Assembly (NCBI RefSeq): GCF_009914755.1 | Contig: NC_060947.1 | DNA from: the human T2T-CHM13v2.0 reference genome, Homo sapiens | Strand: one strand, 5' to 3' | Length of the DNA: 64,000 bases | Shown: positions 46,747 through 62,245 of the stretch, in pieces | How the letters are laid out: every line of letters begins with the position of its first letter | Position numbering within the stretch: the stretch's first letter is position 1 | The notes under the pieces: generated by a model | Seen by the model: only the letters and a program-made list of their open reading frames with translations | Databases searched by the model: none | What the model was told of the DNA's origin: nothing | Position numbers and translations under genes: made by a program

Positions 46747-48076
46747 GATTTTTTTTTTTTTTGAGATGGAGTTTCACTCTTGTTGCCCAGGCTGGAGTAC
46801 AATGGTGTGATCTTGGCTTACCGCAGCCTCTGTCTCCTGGGTTCAAGCCTCAGCCTCCCAAGTAGCTGGGATTACAGGTATGTGCTACCACGCCCAGCTA
46901 ATTTTTTGTATTTTTAGTAGAGACAGGGTTTCTCCAGGTTGGTCAGGCTGGCCTCAAACTCAGGTGATCCGCCTGCCTCGGCCTCCCAAAGTGCTGGGAT
47001 TAGAGGCATGAGCCACCACGCCTGGCCGATACTATTTTTACAGTTGATAATTGTTTAGATTTCCCACATATCTCCCAGTATCTTTGCTCATCATTTGTTT
47101 TTGCATCTCACACCTTCAAGATGAGATTATTTTCCTTTGGCTAAAAGTGTATTTTTTATTCTTTCATTGAAAATCTTTTGATGGCAAACTCTTTGTCTGA
47201 AAATGTCTCTACTTTGCCCTTGTTCTCAAAAACTGGTATTAGTGTATGTAGAATTCTAGAGTGACAGTTAAATTTTTTCGGGATATTGACAATATTATTC
47301 CACTGGCTCCTTGCTTCCATCATGTTATTGAATCAGTCTAATTGTAATCCTTTTTTTCTTTTCTCTCTGGCTGCTTTTAAAAAACAGCTTTAGGCCAGGA
47401 GTGGTGGCTCACCTCTGTAATCCCAGCACTTCGGGAGGCCGAGAGGGGCAGATCACCTGAGGTCAGGAGTTTGAGAACAGCCTGGCCAACATGGCGAAAC
47501 CCCATCTCTACTAAAAATACAAAAATTAGCCAGGCATGGTGACAGGCACCTCTAATCCTAGCTACCTGGGAGGCTGAGGCAGGAGAATCACTTGAACTGG
47601 AGAGGCGGAGATTGCAGTGAGCCAAGATTGCGCCACTGCACTTTCCAGCCTGGGTGACGAGCGAGACTCTGTCTCAAAAAACAAACAAACCAACCAACAA
47701 ACAAACACAGCTTTATTGAGATTTAATTCACATACCATACAATTCACCCATTTAAAGTATTCAATTTGCTGATTTTAAGTATAGTCACAGATATGTACAA
47801 CCATTTCAGCATAGTCAATTTTAGAACATTTTCATCACCTCAAAAAGAAAAAAAGAAACCCCACACCCTTTGCTATCACTCCCATCTCTCTATTACCCCC
47901 CTAGCTCTAAGCAACCCCTAATCTAATTTTCTGTCTTTATAGGTTTGCCTATTTTGGACATTTTATATAAATGAACTCATGTAATAATGTGGTCTTTTAT
48001 GACTTGCCTCTTAGCAAAATGTTTTCAAGTTTCATCTGTGTTATAGCATGTATTAGTACTTTTTTTTTCCCCCTGA

Positions 48077-48181
<105 letters not shown>

Positions 48182-48364
48182 TGAGTAGCTGGGATTACAG
48201 TCATGTGCCACCACGCCTGGCTAATTTTTGGTATTTTTAGTAGAGACAGGGTTTCTCCATGTTGGTCAGGCTGGTCTTGAACTCCTGACCTCAGGTGATT
48301 CGCCTGCCTCGGCCTCCCAAAGTGCTGGGGTTACAGGCATGAGCCACTACGCCTGGTGTATTAG

Positions 48365-48714
<350 letters not shown>

Positions 48715-49446
48715 TAAATTTGAGATGGGGTCTCACTCTTGTGCAGGCTGGAGTGCAGTGGCACTATCATGGCTCACTGCAGCCTCGATTGATCAGCCTG
48801 GGTAACGAGCGAGACTCTGTCTCAAAAAAAAAGAACAAAGACAAACACAGCTTTATTGAAATTTATTTCGCATATCATACAATGAGTCATCCACTTCATC
48901 CTTCAGAGTAGCTGGGACTACAGGCATGTGCTACCATGCCTGGCTAATTTTTAAAGTTTTTCTAGAGGCAGAGTCTCACTATGTTGCCCAGGCTGGCCTT
49001 GATTTTCTGGCCTTAAGCAATCCTCTTGCCTCGGCCTCCCAAAGTGCTGGAATTATAGATGTGAGGCACTGTGCCTGACTCTCACCATTTTAAAACATTT
49101 TTTTGGTGTATAATTCATTGACATGAATTACATTCACAGTGTCATGCAAGCATCACCACTATCTATTTACAAAACTTTTTCATTACCCTAAACTGAAATT
49201 TTCTAACCATTACGCAGTAACTCCCTATTCCCTCTTTCCCCTGCTCCTGGTAGCCTCTAATCTACTATCTGTCTCTATGAATTTGCCTATTCTAGGTACC
49301 TCATATAAGTGGATTCATACAGTATTTATCCTTTTGTGTCTGGCTTCTTTCACTTAACATAATGTCTTCAAGGTTCATCCATTTGTACCATGTATCGGAA
49401 CTTCATTCCTTTTTATGGGTGAATAATATTCTACTTCATATATATG

Positions 49447-49969
49447 CAGTCAGCCCTCTGTGTCTGAGGGTTCTGCATCCATGGATTCATCCAATTATTG
49501 ATTGAAAATATTAAAAGATACATATAACAATAAAAAATAATACAAATAAAAAATATAGTGTAATAACTATTTACATAGCATTTGCATTATGTTAAGTATT
49601 ATAACTAATCCGGAGACGATTTAAAGCAAGCTTGTCCAACCCACAGCCCAGGATTGCTCTGAATGAGGCCCAACGCAAATTCATAAGCTTTCTTAAAACA
49701 TTATGAGATTTTTGGGGGGTTTTTTTTTTAAGCTCATCAGCTATCGTTAGTGTATTTTATGTGTGGCTCAAGACAATTCTTCTTCCAATGTGGCCCGGAT
49801 AACAAAAGACTGGGCACCCCCTGATTAAAGTATACAGGAGGATGTGCATAGATTATATGCAAGTACTACACAATTTTATATAAGGAACCTGAGAATCCGC
49901 AGAGTTTGATATGGTGGCGGGGAAGGGAAGTCCTGGAACCAATCCCCTGCTGATAACAAGGGATGACTA
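49447..49969 (-). mobile_element. MER2 (Tigger-family) element split by MER30
   Basis: Termini cagtcagccctc... and ...ggaaccaatcccc...agggatgact, inserted in a TA context. Confidence 0.8.
49627..49823. mobile_element. MER30 hAT MITE
   Basis: caagcttgtccaaccc...gggcaccccctg with TSD atttaaag / attaaag. Confidence 0.8.
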
Positions 49970-50545
49970 TATCTAATTTTGTTTATCCATTCATCTGATG
50001 TTGGACATTTGAGTTGTTCTCACTTTTTGGCTATTGTGAATGGTGCTGTGTTGAGTATTGGTATATAAATATCTGTTCAGGTTCCTGCTTTTTCAGTTCC
50101 TTTGAGTGTATACCTAGGAAAAAAATTACTGTATCATATGGCAATTCTATGTTCAGCTTTTTGAGGAATCGCCAAACTCTTTTCCACAGTGGCTGTACCA
50201 TTTTTCATTCCTGCCAGCAGTCTATAACAGGGTTCAAATTTCATCACATCCTCACCAATACTGGCTATTTTATCTGACTTGATTATAGCCATGCTAGTAG
50301 GTGTGAAGTGGTCTTTCATTGTGGTTTTGATTTGCATTTCCCTGATAACTAATGATATTGAGCATCTTTTCATGTGCTTATTGGCCATTTGTATACCCTC
50401 CCTGGAGAAATGTCTCTTAGGATCCTTTGCCCTCTTTTAAATTGGGTTGTTCATTATCCTATAGGGTTGTAAGAGTTCTTTCTGTATTCTAGATACAAGT
50501 CCCTAGATACAAGATATATGATTTACCTGAGAGTTACAAAGTTAG

Positions 50546-51040
<495 letters not shown>

Positions 51041-51992
51041 TAATTTCACAACCATACACTTAGTGTGTAGCTCTTGGGGATTCCAGTTTTTTATTATAAT
51101 AGATCCTCTGCATAATCTACACATTGGGTGGGTCCTAAGCTTTATCCCCTGCCTAACCTATCCCTGCCTCCCTTTGTAGCTATTAAAGTCGTAAGTTCAA
51201 AGTTTCTAAGGTTTGGCAAAAAATCTTGGTGAGAAAGCTTGTTCAATATTTAGTGTTTCTACTTTCACTTTGTTTTTGGGAACTGCAGATTCTTGCTTTC
51301 ATGCCAGCTCTGAAACATGCTTCAACAGCTGGATATGATGTCAAAAACATTGCTGAGCTGGCAGGAAAGCGGTCAGGGTCATTCAGAGTATCTAATACAC
51401 AATATTTCTATAGATGGTTATCAGGTCATTGGAATTGAGGTCAGTAAACTGTAAGACCACGGTGATTTGTTGATATGGACATTAAAGTCATCTGGCATGA
51501 TATTGGGATTAGAGTTAGAGCTGAAAACTGAGTGAGATGCCCAAATCCTCACGGAATTTTGGGGAAGGTACTAGGTTAGTAGTGAGCTGACAGGGTATAG
51601 GTAAGGTAGAGGTAGTAAAGTTGGGTGAACTAAGTCTCAGAGGAGGTCTTTTTCTATACAACGGTGAAAGAGTGGTAACCTTGGAAGTGTCGATAGAAAG
51701 TAAGGATGCAGGATGCTCATCCCTGTTCCATGTCCTGTGGTGCACAGGTGTGGTTGAATGACAAGTGGTATGTCATTGTCTCTCTCTTACCTTTGACATC
51801 TCTCTTAACCTCATATTGTTTCTGTTCATAAACTGACCAAATTGCAATACAAATGAATTCTGTGTTTAAACATACTTTGTAAAGAATAGGAAATAAGAAG
51901 AGACGCTTTCTGCTTTCTTCTAATAGCTCAATAGACTGAGTTCTTCCAGTCAGGGACTGAGCCTTTTATAACCCAAGTACTTATTAAAGTTC

Positions 51993-52039
51993 TTGCCATT
52001 GAAATGGCAAAAACTGCAATTACTTTTGCACCAACCTAA
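51993..52039. mobile_element. Partial MADE1 (Hsmar1 MITE)
   Basis: ttgccattgaaatggcaaaaactgcaattacttttgcaccaacctaa: one full TIR arm plus the centre. Confidence 0.88.
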
Positions 52040-52436
52040 ATATTTGCCAGAAAGGCAATTGTAAAATGATTAAAATATATGAGTTTTTCCTTTCTAGATG
52101 TGATTAAAAGAGAATGTCAGATTTCCTATAATAATGGAGTCTAGGGCAAGTGATTGTGTAACACTCATTTCATATTCAACATGATAGTATTGCTAGTAGT
52201 TCATATCCTTAAGCATATGACATAACACATTTTTTATACTGAAAATTGCTATTCTCTGTGTAGTATATGGCAGATGTGGTCATAACATGTATTCTTTCTT
52301 TTAAAAAAAGATTCCGGCCAGGTGTGGTGGCGCACACCTGTAATCCCAGCACTTTGGGAGGCCAAGGTGGTCAGATCACCTGAGGTCAGGAGTTCGAGAC
52401 CACCCTGAACAACATGGAGAAACCCTGTCTCTACTA

Positions 52437-52716
<280 letters not shown>

Positions 52717-52828
52717 TTAAAGTTTAGAGTCATGACTACAAAAATACAAATTTGTTTAAAGAAAGTCTTTGCTCTTGTTGCTTTCTCTAGTACTATTAAA
52801 TATTTTTTCACTTTCCTATTATTTAGAG

Positions 52829-53028
52829 AAGGTATTGGCAAACTTTTTCTTAAAGGGATAGGTAGTAAATATTCTGAGCATGAAGGCCATATTGTCTCTG
52901 TCACAACTATTCAACTCTGCTGGTGTGGTGTGCAAGCAGCTGTAGACAATAAATAAATGAATGATGTGGCTGTGTCCCAATAAAACTTTATTTACAAAAA
53001 CAGGTAGACCATAGTTTCCTGACCCCTG
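52829..53028. mobile_element. MER58A hAT MITE
   Basis: ggcaaactttttct.aaaggg...aataaaactttatttacaaaaacagg...gacccctg with 8-bp TSD atttagag / atctagag. Confidence 0.85.
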
Positions 53029-53818
53029 ATCTAGAGTAAGACCTCAACAGATGGACACTGAAAATGAAATGGTAGAAGGGAATCAGTCATACAATAATTT
53101 AATTAGCAAATTGAGTGCATACTGTTTGCCAAACTGAAGACTAAGCTGTTAACTAAATTCTTGTATATATACTGACTGGAATATGAAGCATCATTGAAAA
53201 TGATAATTTTGAAGACTAAACAACATGGGAAAATGGTTTTAAATAGGAAATCAGGATAAAAGTTTCAAGTTTATGTCTTAATAAGTATGGGCCAGGTGCA
53301 GTGGCTCATGCCTGTAATCCTAGTACTTTAGGAGGCTGAGTCAGGAGGATCACTTGAGGCCAGGAGTTAGAGACCAGCCTGGGCAACATAGTGAGACCTT
53401 GTCTCCACCAACTAACAATACACATACATAAAAATATTGAAAGGAATAACAAAAATTCATGCATTCCTTTCAATATTTGTATGAATTTAGTAACTAAATA
53501 CATACATGCAAATATTGAAAGGAATACATTAATTTTTGTTAGGTAGGAGGATGATAGGTAATTCTGTTTTTCAAATTGTCTGCAATACCTTTACATTCCA
53601 AAAATAACTAAAAAATGACCTAATGAAATGCTGATTAAAACTATTGTTTTTTTATCACTATACAGTAGGAAAAAGAGACTCTTTGTAAAACTATTGTTCA
53701 GTGAAGTCCTGAAGGTTTTTTACTTAATCAGCGTAAGATTGACATTTGAGGAAAATGTGTTGCCCCTCTGTTCAAGACATATTATCATTTCTCTTAATAT
53801 TTTTTTATGTTTTAACAG

Positions 53819-53867
53819 TGCCCTTATGTTTGCCATTTGTTATATTTACTTACCAAAAAAGAGAATG
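53819..53867 (+). CDS. CENPI: CENPI coding exon 5
   Basis: ttttaacag|TGC CCT. CPYVCHLLYLLTKKEN. Donor G|gtgagt, 49 nt. Confidence 0.93.
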
Positions 53868-54154
53868 GTGAGTATTTTCATTACAGTTGTATTATACTTT
53901 GTAGAATTAGCATTTGTATTGGCCTTTATAAAGTTAAAATAACTATTAGCATTAGTTATATGACAGAAGTCATTTTGTGGAAATTGCTTTTTAGTACTTT
54001 AAGAGCATCTGCTTAATGGCTTAACTGAACAGGTATTTATTTCCTTGATATGTTACAAGAAGAAACTGTATGAATTGCATGGTGGTTAAATATAACCAAT
54101 TTCTTTTTATTCTGAATCCAAATGCATAGTACGTCTTTCCTTTATGTTTTCTAG

Positions 54155-54201
54155 TCAAACCATTTCGTGTGAGAAAACTGCTTGATCTTCAGGCCAAAAT
54201 G
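54155..54201 (+). CDS. CENPI: CENPI coding exon 6
   Basis: ttttctag|TC AAA. VKPFRVRKLLDLQAKM. Donor ATG|gtgagt, 47 nt, restores phase 0. Confidence 0.93.
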
Positions 54202-54205
54202 GTGA

Positions 54206-54608
<403 letters not shown>

Positions 54609-55213
54609 TAAGGAACTTATTTTCTGGGGAGCTCAGTGAACAAAATGAAAAATCAGAATCAGACTTGGGGTCAAGGAGAAGTGGTGATGCTTGAGAGAAT
54701 TATTTATTTTATTTTTATTTTATAGATGGAGTTTCACTCTTTTCGCCCAGGCTGGAGTGCAGTGGGGTGTAATCTCAGCTCACTGCAACCTCCGCCTCCT
54801 GGGTTCAAGCAATTCTCCTGCCTAAGCCTCCTGAGTAACTGGGATTACAGGCGCCCACCACCATGCCTGGCTAATTTTTTGTATTTTTAGTAGAGACGGG
54901 GTTTCATGTTGGCCAGGCTGGTCTCGAACTCTTGACCTCAGGTGATCTGCCTGCCTCGGCCTCCCAAAGTGCAGGGATTACAGGCATGAACCACTGCACC
55001 CGGCCTGCTTGAGAGAATTTTTAAGGGATGAATAGGATTTAAGTAGGCAAAGAAGGGAGAGAAGGGCATTCCTCCCAGAGGGAACAGCATGAGCAAAGAC
55101 ATGGAGATGTCAAACAGCAAACATTGTTTAGGGAGCTGGGTTGGTATGGCTGGAACAGTAAGTGTTAGGGAGTGGTCATAAATGAATTTATATTTTGTAT
55201 GGATGTGATCTAG

Positions 55214-55447
<234 letters not shown>

Positions 55448-56488
55448 TGACCTCAGGTTATCCATCTGCCTTGGCCTCCCAAAGTGCTGGGATTACAGGT
55501 GTGAGCCGCTGAGTCTGGCCTAGGAAAGCATTTTAAGACATTATCTTCTGGATGCTTAAACTTCAGTATATTCTCTGACTGTTATCTCTGGTCCTTACAG
55601 CTCTCTGCATTGTTATTTCCACTTTACCTGCCAGGTAACAGAAGTCTGTGAAGCTCTGGATATGAAACAATGGAAGTAATAGTGGTCATGTCTAACTGGA
55701 GCTTTCATGGCCTACCTATAGGCATTTATTGAATGAAAGACACAAACACAGAACACATTTGTGCTTCTCCAATGTGAGGTCTCCTCTTAGTGCAGTTCAA
55801 TGATTATTCTTTTTTTGTAGCCTTCTGTTTTAGTTCCATGGGTACGATTATTTTTTCTTAGTTCTCTGAAGATATTAATGGTAATATTTTTGTCCAATTT
55901 GAATTTTATTTCACATTAATAGAAATTATGAAAAAAATGTACCTTTTCCCATGTTACAGCAAAACATTTCAATGGAATAAGACAATTCTTACCATAATAA
56001 AAGATCTTAGTACCCAGGTGCAGTGGCTCACACCTGTAATCCCAGCACTTTGGGAGGCCGAGGCGGGCAGATCACGAGGTCAGGAGTTCGAGACCATCTT
56101 GGCCAACATGGTGAAACCCCGTCTCTACTAAAAATACAAAAAATAGCTGGGCGTGATGGTGGGCACCTGCAATCCCAGCTACTTGGGAGGCTGAGGCAGG
56201 AGAATTGTTTGAAACCGGGAGGCGGAGGTTGCAGTGAGCTGAGATCACGCCAGCCTGGGCGACAGGGCAAGACTCCGTCTCCAAAAAAACAAACAAACAA
56301 ACAAACAAACAAAAGATCTTGCTGATTTGTTTTGTATTAGCTGAAACACAGTGTATGTTCAAGTAAAAAATGATTTATGAGATGATTGTCTAAAAATTTA
56401 TAACGGAGACACTAAATGTCTGGTTTCATTACTACCACTCTATACAGTACATCACTAAATTATTCCATTGTCAGTAAGTACCCATTTA

Positions 56489-56716
<228 letters not shown>

Positions 56717-57503
56717 CTATGAAGGAAACAAAACCACAAAAATTGTATTTCTGGTAGCAGACATGAATAGTAGGAAGTGGGGCATTTTCCTACATACACT
56801 AGGCCCTGTCTAGAGCAATCTTTAGAACAAGAAGGGGGAATTAGGTCTCATCCTAAGGGTTGGTTCTCCCTCTACCGGGCATGAGCCTGTGTGTATGCAC
56901 TTTGGGCTGTGATTTTTTTCTGTTTCAAGCTTTGTCTCTGTTTCCTCATAGTTTCTGTTTTTAGATTGTTTGGTCTTTTATGATACTTTTTAAATTTAAA
57001 TTTTATTTTAATTTTTTTTAGAGACGGGGGTCTCACTTTGTCACCCAGGCTGGAGTGCAGTGGCATGATCATGGCTCACTGCCACCATGAATTCCTGGGC
57101 TCAAGCGATCCTCCCTCCTCAGCCTCTGGAGTAGCTGGGACTACAGGCATGCACCACCAGGCCTGGCTGATTTTTAAATTTTTTGTAGAGACAGGGTCTC
57201 TCTATGTCACCCATGCTGGTCTCAAACTCTTGGGCTCAAGCAATCCTCCCGCCTTGGCCTCCCAAAGTGCTGGGATTACAGGTGTGAGCCACTGCTCACC
57301 AATGCTTGGTAAAGCTTATTTGTTCATATTTAAAAGTAAAACACTAACATGATGATTGGAAACTTGTGTGTATGAGCAGGACTTGTTCATTGTAGGATCT
57401 TGATGTTTTGTTGAGGATCCTCCCAGATGACTATGTTAATATTCTCAAAACAGAATTCTCCTGTTTCCTGTCTTATGTGGTTGCACGGTTGTACATATAG
57501 AAT

Positions 57504-57506
<3 letters not shown>

Positions 57507-57545
<39 letters not shown>
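57507..57545 (+). repeat. (TG)n microsatellite
   Basis: About 19 units. Confidence 0.95.
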
Positions 57546-57546
<1 letters not shown>

Positions 57547-57953
57547 TTATAATATTATAGGGAATTGGCTCATTTGATTTTTTTATGGTGGCTGGTAAGT
57601 CCAAAATCTACCGGATGGGCCAGCAGGCTGGAGACCCAGGAGGGCCAATGTTCCAGTTTGAGTTAAGTGGCAGTCTACTATAGAACCAGGAAGAACTGCT
57701 GTTGCAAATAAAGTCTGAAGGCAGTCTGTTGGACATTTTCTTCTTCTTCTGGGACCTCTTCTATTCAGGCTGTCAACTGATTGGATGAGACCTATCCACA
57801 TTGCGGAGGGCAGTCAATTTGCTTTATTCAAAGTCTACTGATTTAAATGTTAAACATATCTAAAAAACCCTCACAGAAACACCCAAAATAATGTTTCTCC
57901 AAATATCTGGGCAGCCTGTGGACCAGCCAAATCAACACTTAAAATTAACCATC

Positions 57954-58330
57954 TGATATGGTTTGGCTGTGTCTCCACCCAAATCTCATCTTGAATTATA
58001 ATTCCCATAATCCCCACATGTCGTGGGAGGGACCCAATGGGAGGTAGTTGAATCATGGGGGCGGTTTCCCCCATGCTATTCTTGTGATAGTGAGTGAGTT
58101 CTCACGAGATCTGATGGTTTTATAAGGGGCTTCCCCTTCGCCCAGCTCTAATTCTTTTCCTTCCTGCCATCGTGTGAAGAAGGATGTGTTTGCTTCCCCT
58201 TCCGCCATGTTTGTAAGTTTCCTGAGGCCACCCTAGCCACGTGGAACTGTGAGTCAGTTAAACCTCTTTCCTTTATAAATGACCCAGTCTTGGGCAGTTC
58301 TTTATAGCAGTGTTAGAGTGGGCTAATACA
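57954..58330 (+). mobile_element. THE1C/D MaLR solo LTR
   Basis: tgatatggtttggctgtgtc...ctaataca with 5-bp TSD ccatc / tcatc. Confidence 0.9.
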
Positions 58331-58733
58331 TCATCACAGGGTGTAAACCTGGCTACTGGCACTCTGAGACCTGAGCACTAGAAAGGGGTGAGAAATGGTC
58401 TTGGTATCCTCCCTTGGCTGTGCCTGGTATCCGAGTCCAGCTTCATTTTCAGAGTAAAGCCCTAATGTTTTGCCAGTATAGTGAAGGAATTTGGGGTTCT
58501 AACTGCTTCTTATGTAGCCTTTCATGCAATACTCCTGTTTTCTTGTCCCTTTTGCATCCCCACTTTTTAGAGATATGTGGTCCCTCAACTCTTGATCCTT
58601 TCTGGGAGTTGTCAAGCATGAATCTGATTTTTTTGAGGCTTTTTCTGTTGATACCTTAGATTTCATTTTATCTATTCTGCTAACTTGGTTACTATTTGAC
58701 CATCTTCATTCTAGGTTCCAAAATCTTATTTAG

Positions 58734-59042
<309 letters not shown>

Positions 59043-60116
59043 TGATACACCCACTTCGGCCTTCCAAAGTGCTGGGATTACAGGCATGAGCTACCGTGCC
59101 CAGCCACCTTTTTCATTCTTTTACTGTCTTTTAAATGGGGCTTTGGGAGAACCCAGAATTAATCATATGTTCGATATGCCATTTTTAACTGGAAATCTCC
59201 CCCTTACCTTTTTTAGTATTAACTTTTTAACAAAAAAGATAGTTTTAATTAACTAGACTATAAGTTCTAAAGTCCTCAGCACAACTAAGTATTCTCTAAA
59301 AAGCATTCTAGCTCAAAACAAACACTCTGATACTCATTAATAATGGGTGTACAGAGGTTAGGAGATATTTTCAACATAGATAAACTGGGTCATTTTGGTT
59401 TTGTTTTAATAAATTTAATTTCAAGAAGCTGTTATAAAATGGAAATATTGTATTTCTAAGCCTCATTTGCTGCCTTTGTGCAGTATTCGATTCAATAAAA
59501 TTTTAGTATAATAAAACAATTTGGTTACTTCCTTAGAATTCATTTTAGTGGTGTGTTTTCTCTGGATAGCCAGATGTATAAAACAGGTATCTAGCAGTAA
59601 TCACATCTTTCGTTGTGAAATTAGTGCTTTTGTTAAGACTTGTTTCAGTTATATCAAAGCTGCTTGATTATGGCATACCAATTGTAATTTCCTAGATAAT
59701 TTTCCAAGAATTATAATAATCAGGTATTAGCTTCTCTTCTGGTCCTGTCTCCTTGAGGTCTAAATCAAGGATGAGTAAACTTTGAGTCCTGAGTATGCTA
59801 CCAGTGAGAATAAGCTATGCTATGCTAGTAAGTATGACTGGTCAGCCTAAGGTATAGGAAGAGAAGAGAAAAATACAAGGAAGAAGTAAAGTTGGAAAAG
59901 GTCCTAAGAGAGAAGATCACAGTTTGGAGAGGGTTGTTTTATGGTGGTTGACTTAAATGTCTGGTTACTCATTCCTTGATTTTTGATAGCATCTTCCTAT
60001 AGCTATATCTCAGCGAAATTATGGTCTGAATATACTTTTTTCCTTCTTATTGGTATTTGTTTCCTCAGTTTCTTAATAGCCACAGAATTGAAAATGGAAA
60101 ACTTATTTTATTTCAG

Positions 60117-60206
60117 GGAATGCAGCCTCATCTCCAGGCTTTGTTGTCACTGTATAAGTTCTTTGCTCCTGCTCTGATTTCAGTATCTTTGCCTGTAAGG
60201 AAGAAG
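60117..60206 (+). CDS. CENPI: CENPI coding exon 7
   Basis: tttcag|GGA ATG. GMQPHLQALLSLYKFFAPALISVSLPVRKK. Donor AAG|gtaagg, 90 nt. Confidence 0.94.
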
Positions 60207-60546
60207 GTAAGGGATTAAGGAGAGAGAAATCATATTAAGATTGAAATATGTTATTTTTGGTAAAGTTAACTTACAGATTTCAACTAAAATGTTTACAGCC
60301 TACTGTTTTACTGTCTAGTATTGTGGTACTGTTTTGGGAAAGTTTTTTTTTTAGGAATTGGTACTTCGTGTTGATCCCATTTGGTATATTTAATAGATTA
60401 CTAATCAGAAAAAAAAATACTTTAAGTGCATTTGTATGGGTGTAAAGGATTTCATAATATATTTTCAATTAATGAGGCATTTTAGACTTTATGTTGCTTC
60501 AGTTTATGGGTACCTACTCTCTTGTACTTTATATCCAAATTTATAG

Positions 60547-60675
60547 ATATATTTTAAGAATTCAGAGAATCTATGGAAGACGGCTCTGCTTGCCGTGAAG
60601 CAAAGAAACCGGGGACCTTCTCCAGAACCTCTGAAGTTGATGTTAGGTCCAGCTAATGTTCGTCCTCTAAAAAGA
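60547..60675 (+). CDS. CENPI: CENPI coding exon 8
   Basis: ttatag|ATA TAT. IYFKNSENLWKTALLAVKQRNRGPSPEPLKLMLGPANVRPLKR. Donor AGA|gtaagt, 129 nt. Confidence 0.93.
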
Positions 60676-60906
60676 GTAAGTATCTAAAGCTCAAACAACT
60701 TGCATGGCTTTCTTTTATTAAATCCAAATAATAACCATTCAGATCTTAGAGGAGATTATAGATATTTAAGTATATGTCAGTTACCCAGGATTCTGTGTAA
60801 GCCATATTCAGATTCCTTTAATTGAAACACCTTACCAGTTGCTTTTATATTTGTGGTTTGTAGTCTGTTTAGTCCATTGATAGATTATTTTATTATCTTT
60901 CTTCAG

Positions 60907-61074
60907 AAGTGGAATTCTCTCTCAGTTATACCAGTGCTCAATTCCAGTAGCTACACTAAAGAATGTGGAAAAAAAGAGATGAGTCTTTCTGATTGTCTGA
61001 ATAGAAGTGGATCATTTCCACTAGAACAACTTCAAAGCTTCCCCCAACTTTTACAGAACATCCATTGCTTAGAG
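60907..61074 (+). CDS. CENPI: CENPI coding exon 9
   Basis: tttcttcag|AAG TGG. KWNSLSVIPVLNSSSYTKECGKKEMSLSDCLNRSGSFPLEQLQSFPQLLQNIHCLE. Donor GAG|gtatgt, 168 nt. Confidence 0.94.
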
Positions 61075-61130
61075 GTATGTGACTGGACCATGTGCTTCTT
61101 TGCATTTTCTATTTGAATTTCATGGCCTTT

Positions 61131-62093
<963 letters not shown>

Positions 62094-62124
62094 TAACTGT
62101 TGATCGGTTGTTCTGTCATTGCAG

Positions 62125-62245
62125 CTGCCTTCTCAGATGGGCTCAGTGCTAAACAACTCTCTGCTGCTTCACTACATTAACTGTGTCAGAGATGAGCCAG
62201 TCTTGCTGAGGTTTTATTACTGGTTGAGTCAAACATTACAAGAAG
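62125..62245 (+). CDS. CENPI: CENPI coding exon 10
   Basis: cattgcag|CTG CCT. LPSQMGSVLNNSLLLHYINCVRDEPVLLRFYYWLSQTLQE. Donor G|gtaaga, 121 nt. Confidence 0.94.

Larger units (their letters stand above)
57430..58338 (-). mobile_element. MLT2 (ERVL) LTR with an internal (TG)n, interrupted by THE1
   Basis: The reverse-strand start tgtgatggttaatttt is split by the THE1. Internal text ggaattggctca...aagtccaaaatct...ggctggagacccagg. Left boundary uncertain. Confidence 0.75.

Noticed and set aside
50134-50388. 84-aa minus-strand [26 protein letters not shown]
   Set aside because: Decayed L1 ORF2 C-terminal fragment.
51993-52039. miR-548-like precursor
   Set aside because: One MADE1 arm is missing, so no long pre-miRNA hairpin can form.
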